Source: Octopus vulgaris
Lineage: Eukaryota
Assembly (NCBI GenBank): GCA_951406725.2
Contig: OX597826.1
Location: 68,572,001-68,636,000 of the forward strand
Direction of reading: 5' to 3'
DNA length: 64,000 bases
Positions 41,577 through 56,938 of the stretch are shown piece by piece. Within the stretch, counting starts at the first letter, position 1. The number at the start of each line of letters is the position of its first letter. The notes under the pieces are model-generated. The model ran no database searches, was not told where the DNA came from, and saw only the letters and a list, made by a program, of their open reading frames with translations. Position numbers and translations under genes: made by a program.

Positions 41577-41934
41577 CATTTAAGTTATACATGACATGTA
41601 CATATATATGAATTAGTATACTTATGGATGCGTGCATGCGAAGAGTTGTATATACGCGCGGACATGTATGCATGCATCGACATACTTACGTATCTATCTA
41701 CATAATTATATTATTGTAAATTTATTGGTGTACCTGTCAAATACGTGAATATAAGTGTCTGTGTGTCATGTGAAAAATATGCATGTAATTATCGTAAATT
41801 GTCTCCTGAAAACAGAATGAAATGTAGGCCGAGGTGAGGCGGAGTGGTCTCGTTGCATTCTTAAACGTATGAAACAAGAATAATGTAAAAAAAACTCTGC
41901 CGGCAACAAAAACAATAGGAATAACACCTACAAC

Positions 41935-42137
41935 ATTTATGATGATGATGGTCATGATAATGATGACGAAGTTGATGATGATGGTGGTGGTGATGATGAT
42001 GAGGATGATGATAAATTGAAGGAAATAGTACAATGATAATGACGATAATGGTGATACTGGTGATCAAATGATAATGACAATGGCAACGATTATGAAGATG
42101 ATGATGATGATGATGATAACAATGATAATCACAATAT

Positions 42138-42204
<67 letters not shown>

Positions 42205-42257
42205 TTTAGTAGAAGCAGTCGCCATCGTCATCGACTTCGTTATCATCATCATCATCA

Positions 42258-42325
<68 letters not shown>

Positions 42326-42671
42326 ATAACAAAAATAGCCGCAATAACAACACCAAAAATAGTTCATGAGGTTGCATGTAAACTAGAATACGAACCAAAA
42401 CAACCATATAATTCTATTGTAAAATATAAACACAACCCCTGTAAACAACGCCAACACCACAGCAAGAAGAAAAAACAACGATAGTAATAGCAACAAGAAC
42501 AAAAGTAAGAATGATAATAACAATAGTAATAACAATAATAAAAATAATAATCATATTAACAGCAATAATAATAATAAAAAACAAGAATAACATTATTAAA
42601 AATAATAATAATAATAATCATTAATAATAATAATAAGAAGAAGAAGAAGAAGAAGACGAAAAAGAACAACA

Positions 42672-42718
<47 letters not shown>

Positions 42719-42725
42719 GATAATG

Positions 42726-42795
<70 letters not shown>

Positions 42796-42878
42796 TAATA
42801 ATAATGATAATAATAATGATAATGATAATAACAATAATAATAATAATAAGAAGAAGAAGAAGAAGAATAATAATTATG

Positions 42879-42924
<46 letters not shown>

Positions 42925-42944
42925 TGATGATGATGATGATGATG

Positions 42945-43010
<66 letters not shown>

Positions 43011-43260
43011 GAAAGAAGAACGACAACGACAAAAACAACAACAGTAAAATCGACAGTGCCAACATATAAAAAAATAAACAAAAGCTACGTTAGTAATAGC
43101 AACAACAACAACAACAGCAACAACGTCTACAATACCAAGAAGAACAACAGAAACACGATAGCAACACTCGTTTGTAACATAGTCACAAATAACTTCACTG
43201 ACAATAATTATAAGGAAAACAAAAGAAAAAAAAGCAACGTTAATATTGATACTCTTAAGT

Positions 43261-43292
<32 letters not shown>

Positions 43293-43400
43293 AGAAGAAC
43301 TGAATAAAGATATCGAAAAGAAATGGGCCTGAGATAAAGAAAGAAAAAGAAAAGGAAAAGAAGCAACAACAACAACGACAACAACAACAAGGAACACTAC
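41935..43400. repeat. Trinucleotide microsatellite mosaic (GAT, TAG, CAT, TAT, AAT, AAG, AAC)
   Basis: Seen directly. Confidence 0.95.
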
Positions 43401-43509
43401 AATAAACAATATTAGAAAGAGAAAACAAAGTCGTCAGATTTGCAGAAGAGTGTTTTCATGTCCCTCCCTCTCTCTCTCACTCACATAAATTCAATTATAT
43501 TATTTCTCT

Positions 43510-44150
<641 letters not shown>

Positions 44151-44687
44151 ATCCCTGTTGTCTCGCCCCAAATTAAATTTCGCAACCGGCATTATTACTA
44201 TTCTTAATATAAGTACAGTAAATATTAAATTCCATTGTATTAAATTCTACATTGCTTTGTTATTAAATTTGATATATATAATATAGCATAAAAAAATATC
44301 AGTACCTGCGCACCCACTCACTCACTCACACACACAAACACCAAAACACATACACATACGCACATAAATGCCTACATATACACATGACCATATAAGTGTA
44401 TTAAACAATATATTTATATATAATGGAATTGTAAACAGAACATCACATACGATACTAAGATCGTTAAAGTTTCATTATCTCTGTTTTAACTTATATGGAA
44501 TCGTATAGCCGCATCAGCTGTGTGGGTGGCTGTGCCAGGATATATGTGATCACATGTGGGTGTATATCTTGTATAAATCCATAAATATATCCACGCATAC
44601 ACACTAAACACACACACATATATATGTACGCACAATCATATATATGATTATGGATGTTCATATATACATCCCTGCATATACACACAC

Positions 44688-44901
<214 letters not shown>

Positions 44902-45729
44902 TTAGGCGCAGAAATGCAACGAGTAAGAGAGAACAGATTATATGGTGCAACGTTCATTTGGTTGTTTTACTCAATATCTATTCGGAATTTTCACGTTGTG
45001 GCGTTCTTTAGATCGCTTCGAAAGTGGATTCTGGATAAAAAGAATAGAGAGTTGATGGAAATATTACTGTTATCTAGAAGTGAGTTCGTAATTAGGTTCA
45101 GTAGAGAAAGAAATGTGTGCATGTGCGGGTCTAGGTATATGTGTGTTTGTGTGTGATTGATGGTGTTTGTGAATGTAACAATATACGATTTACTCTCGTA
45201 TTCAGTGACCATGATTTTTGCGTAAAAATACAAAATGTCTTCAACACATACATCACACATTATATTTCAAACTGGTAAAAGGGATGCAGCATTTACTATG
45301 GCCCGGTTAATAAGCATGTTTTCAGTAGCACAATTCTTTAAGTTTCCAAGTGTACTTTGAGAGAAGTGTTGACGATTTTCTCACAACATCAAAACAGATA
45401 CGTACAAAAACATTTGGCTACTTTTATGTAATCAACTGGAAAGGGCTTCGTTTCAGCTTGCGTTCAATTTCGTATTCTTATTAATGAGCAGACGCTATAC
45501 AAGATATAACTGAATCGTCATATTTTTCAAACACTGGGAAAGTGTAACCGAAAACTACTTATGCATTAACACAAGGGCGGTTCTATCATCGTTTTTATTC
45601 TGCAGTCCTTATGTATGACGAGTGACATCACATATTCTTCAATTAGGGTGTTACTACGTTTTGGGGTGAAGTGTTCCTTCAAAACGTGTTCCTTGGTTGA
45701 CAAGCACACTCGCGTATGTACACATAAAT

Positions 45730-45786
<57 letters not shown>

Positions 45787-46832
45787 GGGAAGCTTTATGA
45801 AAATAGACAAAAGACGAAGGCAGGTGGAAAACAAACAAACAATTGTATTAGTATGGCGCTCAGGAAATATAAATAAAACAAGTCTTTAATACATATATAT
45901 ACATACATATATGTATATATATGAAATTATGTATGTCCACGTTCGTATATATATGTATATATGTGTGTGTGTGTTTCTATGTGGTGGTGTGCGTGTGTGT
46001 GTCTATGTGGTGTTGTGGGGGATGCGCTCGCGCATTAGTTCAAGTTTACTATTGTAAATAGATGTTCCACTTCTGCAATAAAAGCTTGTTTCTAATTGAC
46101 AGTATTTACTTAAATGTAGGTTTGTCTGTTTTTTGAGGTTTTTCTTTTTTGCGCATTTTACAGCATATTTCATTGTCGAAGAAGAGAAGGTGACGCTGCA
46201 GCTGAACGGATCGTGCGACAGCGTTGGCAGGAAAACGTTGCATGGTGGAAGAAAACTAGGGGAGTAAACAAAGATTTTCATAAGTGGAATGTAGGTAACT
46301 TTATAGAACTGAGAGGTGATATTTATCTATCAATATCTATTCATTCGTGCGTTATATGTACAATCCAAACAGGTAAGTAAATAAACATTACGGTGTTGAT
46401 ATGAACGCGTTAATACAAATATTGGAAATATGTGAAAATAGAAGGTGTAAATATAAATATACAGAGATAAAAAAGAAAGATATAGATATCTAGAGAATAT
46501 ATTTAAAGCAAATTTATGTTCATATTTAGGCATTGAAATGTCATTCAACTGGGCAATTTGAACTGCCTTAACAGGAACGCTTTTGATGAAGAGAAATCGA
46601 ATCAGCTGACATCCTGTGTGTATTCTGTAATAATTCAATGTTAAAATATTTAATTTCTCTCATAAACAAGATATGCAACAATGAGATCAATTAATAACCT
46701 GTGTGGCACCCTCCAGGATTGTCCATTTGAACCGGAAATTATCTGCGAACCTCTCCCTCGTATATTGTATATATTGAGGTTATGACGTTGATTGTTCATT
46801 TGTTGATATGCAATTAAGGATATATGAGTTTA

Positions 46833-47337
46833 GGCCCAGGAGTGACTGCTTGGTAAAAAGCTTGCTTCCCAACCATATGGTTCTGGGTTCAGTCCCACTA
46901 CGTGGCACCTTGGCCAAGTTTCTTCTATGGTACAAATGGTAAGTTAGTATATATTTCGTCAGCATCACACTACCCTTGAGCCGACCAAGGATTTGTGAGT
47001 GGATTTGGTAGACAAAAAATGAAAGCCCGTCACACACACACACACACAAACACACACGCACACGCACACACACACACGCACAGACACACACACATATATA
47101 TATAGATGTATTATGTATCTATGTATTTGTGTGTCTGTGTTTGTCCCCCTACCATCGCTTGACAACCGATGTTGGTGTCTTTGCGTCCCCATAATTTAGC
47201 GGTTCGGCAAAAGAGAAGGATAGAATAAGTACTAGACATACAAAGAATAAGTCCTGGGGCTGATTTGTTCGACCTAAAAGGCGGTGCTCCAGCATGGCCG
47301 CAATCAAAGGACTGAATCAAGTAAAAGAGTAAAAGAG
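46833..47337 (+). mobile_element. SINE family 2 with a small internal insertion
   Basis: Head, core and tail match 13381-13795. Confidence 0.88.
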
Positions 47338-48284
47338 CATTGTTCTCTATAAGGCCAAAGTATTTCTCAGCACCGACCGGGAAAACCATAATCATTCGGT
47401 AAATGTGCGGCGGCTTTGTGGGAACACACCATCAAAAGCCTGGAATGTGATACGTTTGGGAAGATTTCTGGTAATCGAATTTATGTGAATCATTCTTTTG
47501 CAAGAAGTCAGAATTTGAAAAGACAAACTTTTTAAAACATAAGGGACTATTGCCGAAGATATTTGCGTAAAAGTTCTAAGAAGCTTACGGTTATGATGGA
47601 TGTGACGTTACAAGAGAAACGGAGAGAACCGAATATTTATTGTTTTAGCTTTGTGTTATACTGTTAAATATATGTTTTTGTTATAATGTTAAATATATTG
47701 AATATTTTATGGCAAACCACTCTCTTTTATCCTGTGATTGTAATATTCTAAAATCTGTTAAAAGGGTAATTCGTCGGAAGATGTGTTTGAAATTTGTCTA
47801 CTAATGGTGCTAACACTGTTTTTTTTTATGTATGTACAGGAGTTATAAAAGTAATGCTTCAATATAATTTACACTTAGTTTTACGTTAAAGTGATATTTA
47901 CTAGTCTTTATTTTTACAGTTATGGCTGGAAATGTACAGCAATTATATTAAATCTGATGGTAATCTTTAAATTAAATTTTTAAAAACTTTCTACTAAATA
48001 TTTTCTGCGTCTGATAAGAGGGTAACTCGTTCCTGTAGCGAGATATTATTAAATCATCATTTCAGTAGAAATCTATTTCGGGACAAGTAATTTGTTTCCG
48101 TTGTAATATTCTCTCAAGCAACCAATCAAATTTGTCCTATAAATCCTGAATGTAGAGTCAAATATATTGTATCAGCAGTAAAATGGACATTTTGTGAATA
48201 TTGACGACATGAAGCGTCTAGATACCTGAACGAAAATTTTCAATGTGTTTGATATCCATCTACCTATACCTTCGTCAGTCTGAA

Positions 48285-48387
<103 letters not shown>

Positions 48388-48473
48388 GTAGGTCCCGGGT
48401 TGATTCGGGGTTAACCACAGTAAATAAGGTACTCAATACATAGCAGAGTAAAATTAATTTATTATATAGAAGG

Positions 48474-48524
48474 AGCTTCTACAGGACTAGAACTGTTTCA
48501 TTCAAGAGAAATCTTCAGGAAGCT
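48474..48524 (-). ncRNA. Type I hammerhead ribozyme motif (mirror copy)
   Basis: Reverse complement of 49294-49344. Confidence 0.72.
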
Positions 48525-48821
48525 AGTTAACAAGAATTGTATTGGCATTTATACATTTAGGCAGGTTTAAAGGGGTGGTGGTGGGGGAATTTTTGGGGGT
48601 AGGCATAGCGCAAAAAATCATACTTGGGGGAGTGGTCAAGGAGTCAGTGGTAAATTAGATAGAAGAATAAATAAAAGAATAAAAAAAGGGAGAATAAAAA
48701 AATATATAGAAGAATAGAGTTTTAGGTAAATAAGGAAAATCTCACTTATACCTATACACATATGTATACATATATACACACACACACACATATACATACT
48801 CACATACATACACACACACCC

Positions 48822-48860
<39 letters not shown>

Positions 48861-48960
48861 TACACATACTTACATATATCTACACATACATATATATATA
48901 TATATACATACACATATATATATATATATATGTATGTGTAGATATATGTATGTATGTGTA

Positions 48961-48995
<35 letters not shown>

Positions 48996-49293
48996 GGGTG
49001 TGTATGTATGTATGTGAGTATGTATATGTGTGTGTGTGTGTATATATGTATACATATGTGTATAGGTATAAGTGAGATTTTCCTTATTTACCTAAAACTC
49101 TATTCTTCTATATATTTTTTTATTCTCCCCTTTTTTTATTCTTTTATTTATTCTTCTATCTAATTTACCACTGACTCCTTGACCACTCCCCAAGTATGAT
49201 TTTTTTGCGCTATGCCTACCCCCAAAAAGTCCCCCACCACCACCCCTTTAAACCTGCCTAAATGTATAAATGCCAATACAATTCTTGTTAACT

Positions 49294-49344
49294 AGCTTCC
49301 TGAAGATTTCTCTTGAATGAAACAGTTCTAGTCCTGTAGAAGCT
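49294..49344 (+). ncRNA. Type I hammerhead ribozyme motif
   Basis: AGCTTC-CTGAAGA-T-TTC(TCTT)GAA-T-GAA-ACAG(TTCTAGTC)CTGT-A|GAAGCT: 6-bp stem I, 4-bp stem III, GUA triplet. Confidence 0.72.
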
Positions 49345-49349
49345 CCTTC

Positions 49350-49399
<50 letters not shown>

Positions 49400-49535
49400 T
49401 AGAAAACAACCGCCTTTTATCAATTCAAAATGAACAATTAAATTACACCATGTAGAAAATTGTCTGTCTGTCTGTCTGCCTCTCTCTCTTTCTCTATGTC
49501 TCTCTTTCTCATCTGTCCATCTATCTATATTTTTA

Positions 49536-49607
<72 letters not shown>

Positions 49608-50233
49608 CATACGCACGCGCGTGTGTGTGAATATCATGCCGTCATCTATCAACTTACCCACGTATGTATGTGAGAATGTACGTCCTTTACACTCTGTGTA
49701 TGTGAAACCAATTTGCATACCAAACGATAGACTAAACACTCAATACATTCAAATTCGTTATAGACAACTGATAATTGATTCTCTTTTAGACACTTTTAGT
49801 TTTCCCCAAGTGCGGCCCTTTAGGTTTCAGGTGAAAGAATCTAGTCTGCTGATAAATACATCTCATATACATTCGGTAATGGCGGTCTCCTGATCTTGGT
49901 CTATATTAAGAGACACCCATTTTTAATATTAACCAAAATCGTACACAATTTCGCTATGATTAACCTTAATGTTCACACTCCAACATACATAGACGCATAC
50001 TTATTGATTTAACAGAAAACGAAAACATACATGAATATATACATATAAACACACACAAACATCCATACACACACAAGCAAACACACACACACAAACATAC
50101 AAACACACGCACACATATGTACGTATATGAAAGTATGAGTGTACATATTTATATATCTGTCTATCTATCGATCAATTTATGTGTCTGTCCGTCTGTCTGT
50201 CTGTCTATCTATCCATCTATATATATATATGTA

Positions 50234-50281
<48 letters not shown>

Positions 50282-50366
50282 TGTCTGTCTATTAATCTAT
50301 GTATGTATGTATGTGTGTATGTATGTATGTATGTATGTATGTATCTATCTATCTATCTGTCTAGCT

Positions 50367-50421
<55 letters not shown>

Positions 50422-50484
50422 CATGTGTAGCAAGACTGATAGATATATACATACATACATACATACATATCTATCTGTCTAGCT

Positions 50485-50515
<31 letters not shown>

Positions 50516-50537
50516 TACATACATATATATATATATA

Positions 50538-51323
50538 TAGGTAGAGTACATCAACTGTAAACAACATCAAATACGTAAACGATGAGATAGAAAAACTAGA
50601 AACAGGAGAAGTAACTCAATGAAGGACCCTTCATCAGCTGCTGCCATAACTTCCAAAATAAATTTTGAATTTTATAAGGAGATAAAATTGGGAACATATA
50701 TGATTTATATTATTATGTAACTAAACGCCACGCATCCCTTGAAAGTAAGTTTATCTTAACATTTTTGATGCGACTCTACTCTATACTGTTTTCTTCCCCA
50801 TCCTTTTCTAATTCCTTTTTCCTCCCAGCACCGACTCCTCCCTGTCTCTCTCTCCCACCTCTTTCTCTTTTTCTCTCTCTCGTTGCTCACATGTGATCTT
50901 CGTCCAACTTTCTTTTCATCACGTGGCCATTTTTCGTTTCATGCATAACGTCCTAGTAACTGAAGGTTTTCTATCTTTCTCTTCTATCTTTTCTCTTTTC
51001 AAAGTAAATATTCGTTCCAGCATTCCCTACCTTTCCCCTCGTTCAGGTTTAACGAACCTCCTTATTTGTTTGCGTTCCGTTTCTTTGTATGTCACCACTG
51101 TCTCGTTTTTGGTCCCAAAATTATTTTTGAAATTATGGGAGCAACTGTCTTCGAAGACTCATACAGTCGTTGAATGCTTCAAATGAGTAGATTGAGTGCC
51201 TACAATTAATGAAGGGTCGTTCTTAGTGTTACCTGTTTTCAATTTTTTCCCACGTTTTTTGTGCATTTAACTGGCATGTTTTCATGTTTCAAGTTCTTTA
51301 CAGTTGGTGATGTCCTGTACCTA
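50538..51323. mobile_element. TA-embedded element with diverged inverted termini
   Basis: Left TAGGTAGAGTACATCAACTGTAAACAAC versus right reverse complement TAGGTACAGGACATCACCAACTGTAAAGAAC; ATGAAGGGTC motif in both halves. Confidence 0.5.
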
Positions 51324-51335
51324 TATATATATACA

Positions 51336-51385
<50 letters not shown>

Positions 51386-51659
51386 TATATATATATACAT
51401 ACACATATACACATACATATATATATATATATGTAAGTATGTATGTATGTATGTGTATATATATATGTATGTATGTATGTATGTGAGTATATATATATAG
51501 ATATAAGAGAGGTGATCACTAGTGATAAGACAATAGGGGGTCTATTTCTAGCATAATGGATGTCCATTTGGTCGTCATCTCCCTTATATATATGTAATAT
51601 AAATTTTTGTGTATTTTCAGAACAATAAACAATCCGGATACTTATTTATCAGACCTTAT

Positions 51660-51695
<36 letters not shown>

Positions 51696-51920
51696 TGTAT
51701 GCATATATTGTACGGGTATTGTTCTATATAAGTATGTATGTAACTTTATCTATCTAAACACACATACACACACTCAAACCACCACACGCACGCACACATG
51801 ATATTTTACATCATTCTACTTATTTACCATTTTAACTAGGGAAATAAATGGAGAACATAATCTAATATGCACGCAAAATTCATATTTTTTTCAGAAAATT
51901 GTCTGATAAATATTCCAACT

Positions 51921-52160
51921 TAAGACTATGGTATGTATTTAGATACACACATTAATGCATCCGCGTACACAGATACTAACACAGACGCACTCTCAAACAA
52001 CATATATCCGTATGTAGTTAAAAGTATATACCTATATTCATAAGACTATGGTATGTATTTAGATACATACATTAATGCATCCACGTACACAGATACTAAC
52101 AGAGACGCACTCTCAAACAACATATATCCGTATGTAGTTAAAAGTATATACCTATGTTCA
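51921..52160. repeat. 120-bp tandem duplication
   Basis: 51921-52040 repeated at 52041-52160 with about 4 substitutions. Confidence 0.95.
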
Positions 52161-52511
52161 TATATGTGTATGTGTGTGTGTCTGTGTCTGTGTGTATGTA
52201 TGTATATATGTGTGTATTTAGGTGTTTGTGTTTGTGTAGATAAATATATATTAATGTCAAGATATACGTGTCTTTTTATATATATGTAAATAATAGTTGG
52301 TTTATTAATAATACATGCAAATTTAATGGACAAATACAAAAGGAAAAACATAAAAAAAAAGAAACTACTCTGGACGGGAAAATCTTAATAAATTTTGAAT
52401 TAGTTTGACGTTATATGAAAGTAAGGAAAAGTATCGTAGGGTTTCAGACAATTGTACTTCGTCATACGAATATGTGTAAATATATGTACACACATACCCG
52501 TACGCGTGTGG

Positions 52512-52621
<110 letters not shown>

Positions 52622-52646
52622 GTGTGTGTATGTATGTAAGTACATT

Positions 52647-52685
<39 letters not shown>

Positions 52686-52741
52686 ATTATATATAATTAT
52701 ATATAAATTTTTATGCACATATATATATATATATATATGCA

Positions 52742-52798
<57 letters not shown>

Positions 52799-52799
52799 C

Positions 52800-53108
52800 T
52801 CTTTTTCTCTTTTCGCCCTTTTCAAGCCTAGCCAGGCTCATAGGTCCGGTTTCTGTGGAGTATGTGCCCCCCCCCCCCCCCTGGACGGTATGCTAGTCCA
52901 TCGCAGCTTTACCCAAGAAACAGGAAGAAAGAGTGAGGGGATGTTAGGCGAAAGAGTTCAACAGGGGTCACACCACTCCTGCAGGAGCTTCGTGGAGCTT
53001 TAGGTGTTTCCGCTCAATAAGCACAAACAACGCCCGCTCTGGGAATTGAAACTGCGATCCAACGACAGCGAGTCCGCTGCCCTAACCACTGGAATATTGC
53101 GCCTCCAC
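52800..53108 (-). mobile_element. SINE family 3, near full length
   Basis: Reverse complement of GGAGGCGCAATATTCCAGTGGTTAGGGCAGCGGACTCGC head. Confidence 0.85.
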
Positions 53109-53352
53109 AATGTGATAATAGTACTTATATAATTACCAGCAGGAGGTTTTCTTTTTCTGCTGCTAAGTTTTTGCATAATTTCACTTTTTTTCGTTTATGA
53201 TAAAGTGTGTCCATCTTCCATGCTTAATGCTTTTTAGTAAAGAAATGGATCTCTCAGTATTTTAATGGTTCATGTTTGACAAAGAATGACGAATGGACAA
53301 AATCCACGTAAGTATTTTGATTTATACATTTCCTGCAACGCTCCTCCAAAAC

Positions 53353-53984
53353 GGCGGCGAGCTGGCAAAAACGTTAGCACGCCGGACTAGCAGTATTTCG
53401 TCTGTCGTTACGTTCCAAGTTCAAATTCCGCCGAGGTCGACTTTCCCTTTCATCCTCTCGGGGTCGATAAATTAAGTACCAGTTACGCACTGGGGTCGAT
53501 GTAATAGACCTAATCCGTTTGTCTGTCATTGTTTGTCCTCTCTGTCATTAGCCACTTGTGGGTGGTAAAGAAATAAGTATTTCGTCTGTCTTTATGTTCC
53601 GAGTTCAAATTCCACCGAGGTCAACTTTGCCTTTCATCCTTTCGGGGTCGATTAAATAAGTACAGGTTACGCACTGGGGTCGATATAATCGACTTAATCC
53701 GTTTGTATGTCTTTGTTTGCCCCCTCTATGTTTAACCCCTTGTGTGCAATAAAGAAATAAGAAATGTTAGCACGTCGGGCGAAATGATTAGTCGTATTTC
53801 GTCTGCCGTTACGTTTTGAGTCCAAATTCCACCGAGATCGACTTTGCCTTTCATCTTTTCGGGGTCGATAAATTAAGTACCAGTTAAGCACTGGGGTCGA
53901 TGTAATCGACTTATCCCCTTGGTCTGTCCTTGTTTGTCCCTTCTACGTTTAGCCGCTTGTAGGCAATGAAGAAATAAGGTATTT
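53353..53984 (+). mobile_element. SINE family 1, three bodies in tandem
   Basis: Three successive GTTCAAATTCC..CTTTCATC..GGGGTCGAT..AAGAAATAAG units. Confidence 0.9.
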
Positions 53985-54159
53985 CCTCCAACGCTCTGAC
54001 GCTACTGGAAACTCATCATCCTGTTTCTTTTCTTCTTAATATTAGGATTTTAATTATTTTCAATATTATTTTTTTTATTAAAATCGTTATTTAATGTTGT
54101 ATTTCACGTACAAATACATTATCGTGACCTCATATTCATTACCACGCTCCTCTTTTTCA

Positions 54160-54180
54160 TCACCTCATAAACATCATCAT

Positions 54181-54215
<35 letters not shown>

Positions 54216-54501
54216 TCATGATCATCATCACCATCATTGCTATTTGGAAGTGTAGTTGCAATAGTAGAGCTGATGGAAGAAGTACCTGAAGTAGTAGTAG
54301 CAGCAGCAACAACAGTAGCTTCAGCATCAGTAGTAGTAGTAGTAGTAGTAGTATTAGGAGTAGGAGTAGGTGTAGGAGTAGTAGTAGGAGTAGTAGTAGC
54401 AGTAATATTTGCATTTGTTGTTGTAGCAGATGTAATAGTAATAGTGGTATTATTTGTTGTTTCTGTTTTAGCAGCAGCAGCAGTAGCAGTAGTAGTAGTT
54501 T

Positions 54502-54551
<50 letters not shown>

Positions 54552-54552
54552 A
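54160..54552. repeat. (CAT)n/(TAG)n low-complexity tract
   Basis: Seen directly. Confidence 0.9.
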
Positions 54553-55249
54553 ATCATTAAAATATTCGATTTTAAAAACACTGATTTAAAAAATTGCTTG
54601 CAGCTTATTAGAACAGGGAATGATTAACACCCACGTCCATACGCATACACACACACACACACACACACACAGACACACACACACACACACTTATTGACAT
54701 ATATTATTGCATATGTACACATATGAATGCATACATACCATATATAGTATTCATACATCGCTATACATATTTAAATGCATACGCACACAGAAAATTATAC
54801 GGATACATTCATACACAATGTGTTAAGGGTGTATGTATCTATGTATGTATGTATTGTGTTTGTTTGTCTGCGTGTGTTTGGGTGCCTCTGTGTGTGTGTG
54901 TTTCAGTGTGTCTGCGTGTGTGCCTGGTGGTGTGTGCCTGTTTGTGTGTGTGTGTGTGTGTGGATACGTTGATAGTTCTTGTGTTTGATAATACAAGAAG
55001 TATGCCTTTATCCAAAATTTGGACCCTCAAATGATGGTAGGGACATATACATAGAAATACACGAATACATATACAGCTACTATCTTGCTAGCGGTAGTTA
55101 TATGTATGTATGTAATCATCCGTATGTGTGTGTGTATGTGCGTGTGTGTGTGTGTCTTTGTATCTATGTGTATATATATATCCGTCTATATGTTTATATA
55201 TATATGTATATATATGTACATTTGCATATATATATATATATATGCATAC

Positions 55250-55282
<33 letters not shown>

Positions 55283-55324
55283 TATATACATATATGTACA
55301 TATATACGTATATATATGAATGTA

Positions 55325-55361
<37 letters not shown>

Positions 55362-55749
55362 AAATGCATATTTATTTCTATTTCTACATTCATTCTCCTA
55401 TTTCCATCTATACTCCTTAGTTCCTTCCATTTTCCAAAATAACTCCTTATATGCAACTGTAATTTTTCCCTGCATCTAACCATCTCATCCTCTCTGATGA
55501 CCGGATATTCCTAAGGTCCCCAAAACAGCTATAAGGCTTTCTATTTATAAATGTCCTGAAAATTCCACCCACCCTTGGCTTTGTTGTCTCATTTTATTTA
55601 ACACACACACACAGACATACACACACAGATGTATGTATAAATGCACACGCATACAGAAATAGCGAATGAGATACATACACACACAAACAAACACATATGT
55701 GGTCTAATCAAAATGTATCCGTACTGTTGAAATAATAAAGAAGCTAACA

Positions 55750-56560
55750 CACTAAGAGTGAAACCGCTTGGCACATATTGACCTTGATCTCTGCTATTCA
55801 TGTGCAATTAGTATTAACATATAAGCTCACTTCCGCTCTTTACAGCAGTGCTTGGAAGTAACGTGTGTAGCGTGTTGTCGCCGCATTGACCATGACAACT
55901 GATAGGAGAATCTACATCAAATTTTGCGAAAATCATGGCGATGCTTGCTCAGAGGACTACGCAAAGTTTTCAAAAAGGTTTTCATCGTTCTCAACACAAT
56001 CAAGGAGATCTTGTGCAATTGAAACATGAGTGTCCTTATGGTCAGCTGAAATTACTGTTTGTACAAGCATGGCAGAGGCGGGTCTCATACCCAAATCTTC
56101 GGTGATAATGGTCTGAACTGAACCGTAACTAATCTACATATCGTCTCAAATTACGGATGGTGATTCGACGATTTCCCCTCATTGCTGCACGCAGATGTGC
56201 GATGTTTTTCTCAGTTCTGCTTCTTGCTGGTCTCCCAGAACGAGAGTCCCTTTAGACATTTTTTCGACTCATACACTCCTGTCCATACACTTTCTACAAC
56301 TTAGCACAGGCCTCAAAGCAGACATCGCCACACTTTTGGCAAAATTTGATACTGATTCATGGTCAATGCGACGATCACACGCTACACACCTTCCTTCCAA
56401 GCACTGCTGTAAACAGAAAAAGTGAGCTAGAACGTTAAAACTTAGTGCGCATGCACAGCAGCGTTCAAAGTCAATTTTTCACAGCGGTTTCTCTCTGAAT
56501 GCTTTAGCTTCGTTGTTATGGCAACAGTCCTGATCCTTATTCATCAGGCCTTGTTATATT
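55750..56560 (-). mobile_element. Mariner transposase N-terminal remnant in a fold-back arrangement
   Basis: Minus translation KFCQKCGD..ISYGSVQTIITEDLGMRPASAMLV..QDLLDCVENDETF (mariner HTH and VP-linker region); 55800-55955 is an inverted copy of 56310-56455. Confidence 0.75.
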
Positions 56561-56877
56561 TGTTATACTTCTCTAGTTTACTTACAAAGAATAGAGTAAT
56601 AATCCTGATAGGTGCGTTGTCTGTGGTTTAAAATACTTTTCTCGTTTACTCGCAAAGAAGAATATGCAGTGGTGCTCCAGATAAGTGTGAAGTCTGTTTA
56701 TTCCAACAGTGAAACTCAAGATTCTAACAAAAACCGAGACGCCTTGTGAATGTTCTAGCGAGTTCCAGAACTATATATAGGCGCACTCTCCGTTACGTAA
56801 ATATATATATATATATATATATACGACTCTCTCTCTCTCTGCCTCTCTCTCTCTCTCTCTCTGTTAGGACACGTGTA

Positions 56878-56938
<61 letters not shown>

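Larger units (their letters stand above)
48461..49357. repeat. Near-perfect palindrome, about 445-bp arms, centred in a CA/TA tract
   Basis: 48461-~48905 is the reverse complement of ~48915-49357, with a few substitutions and homopolymer indels. Confidence 0.95.
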
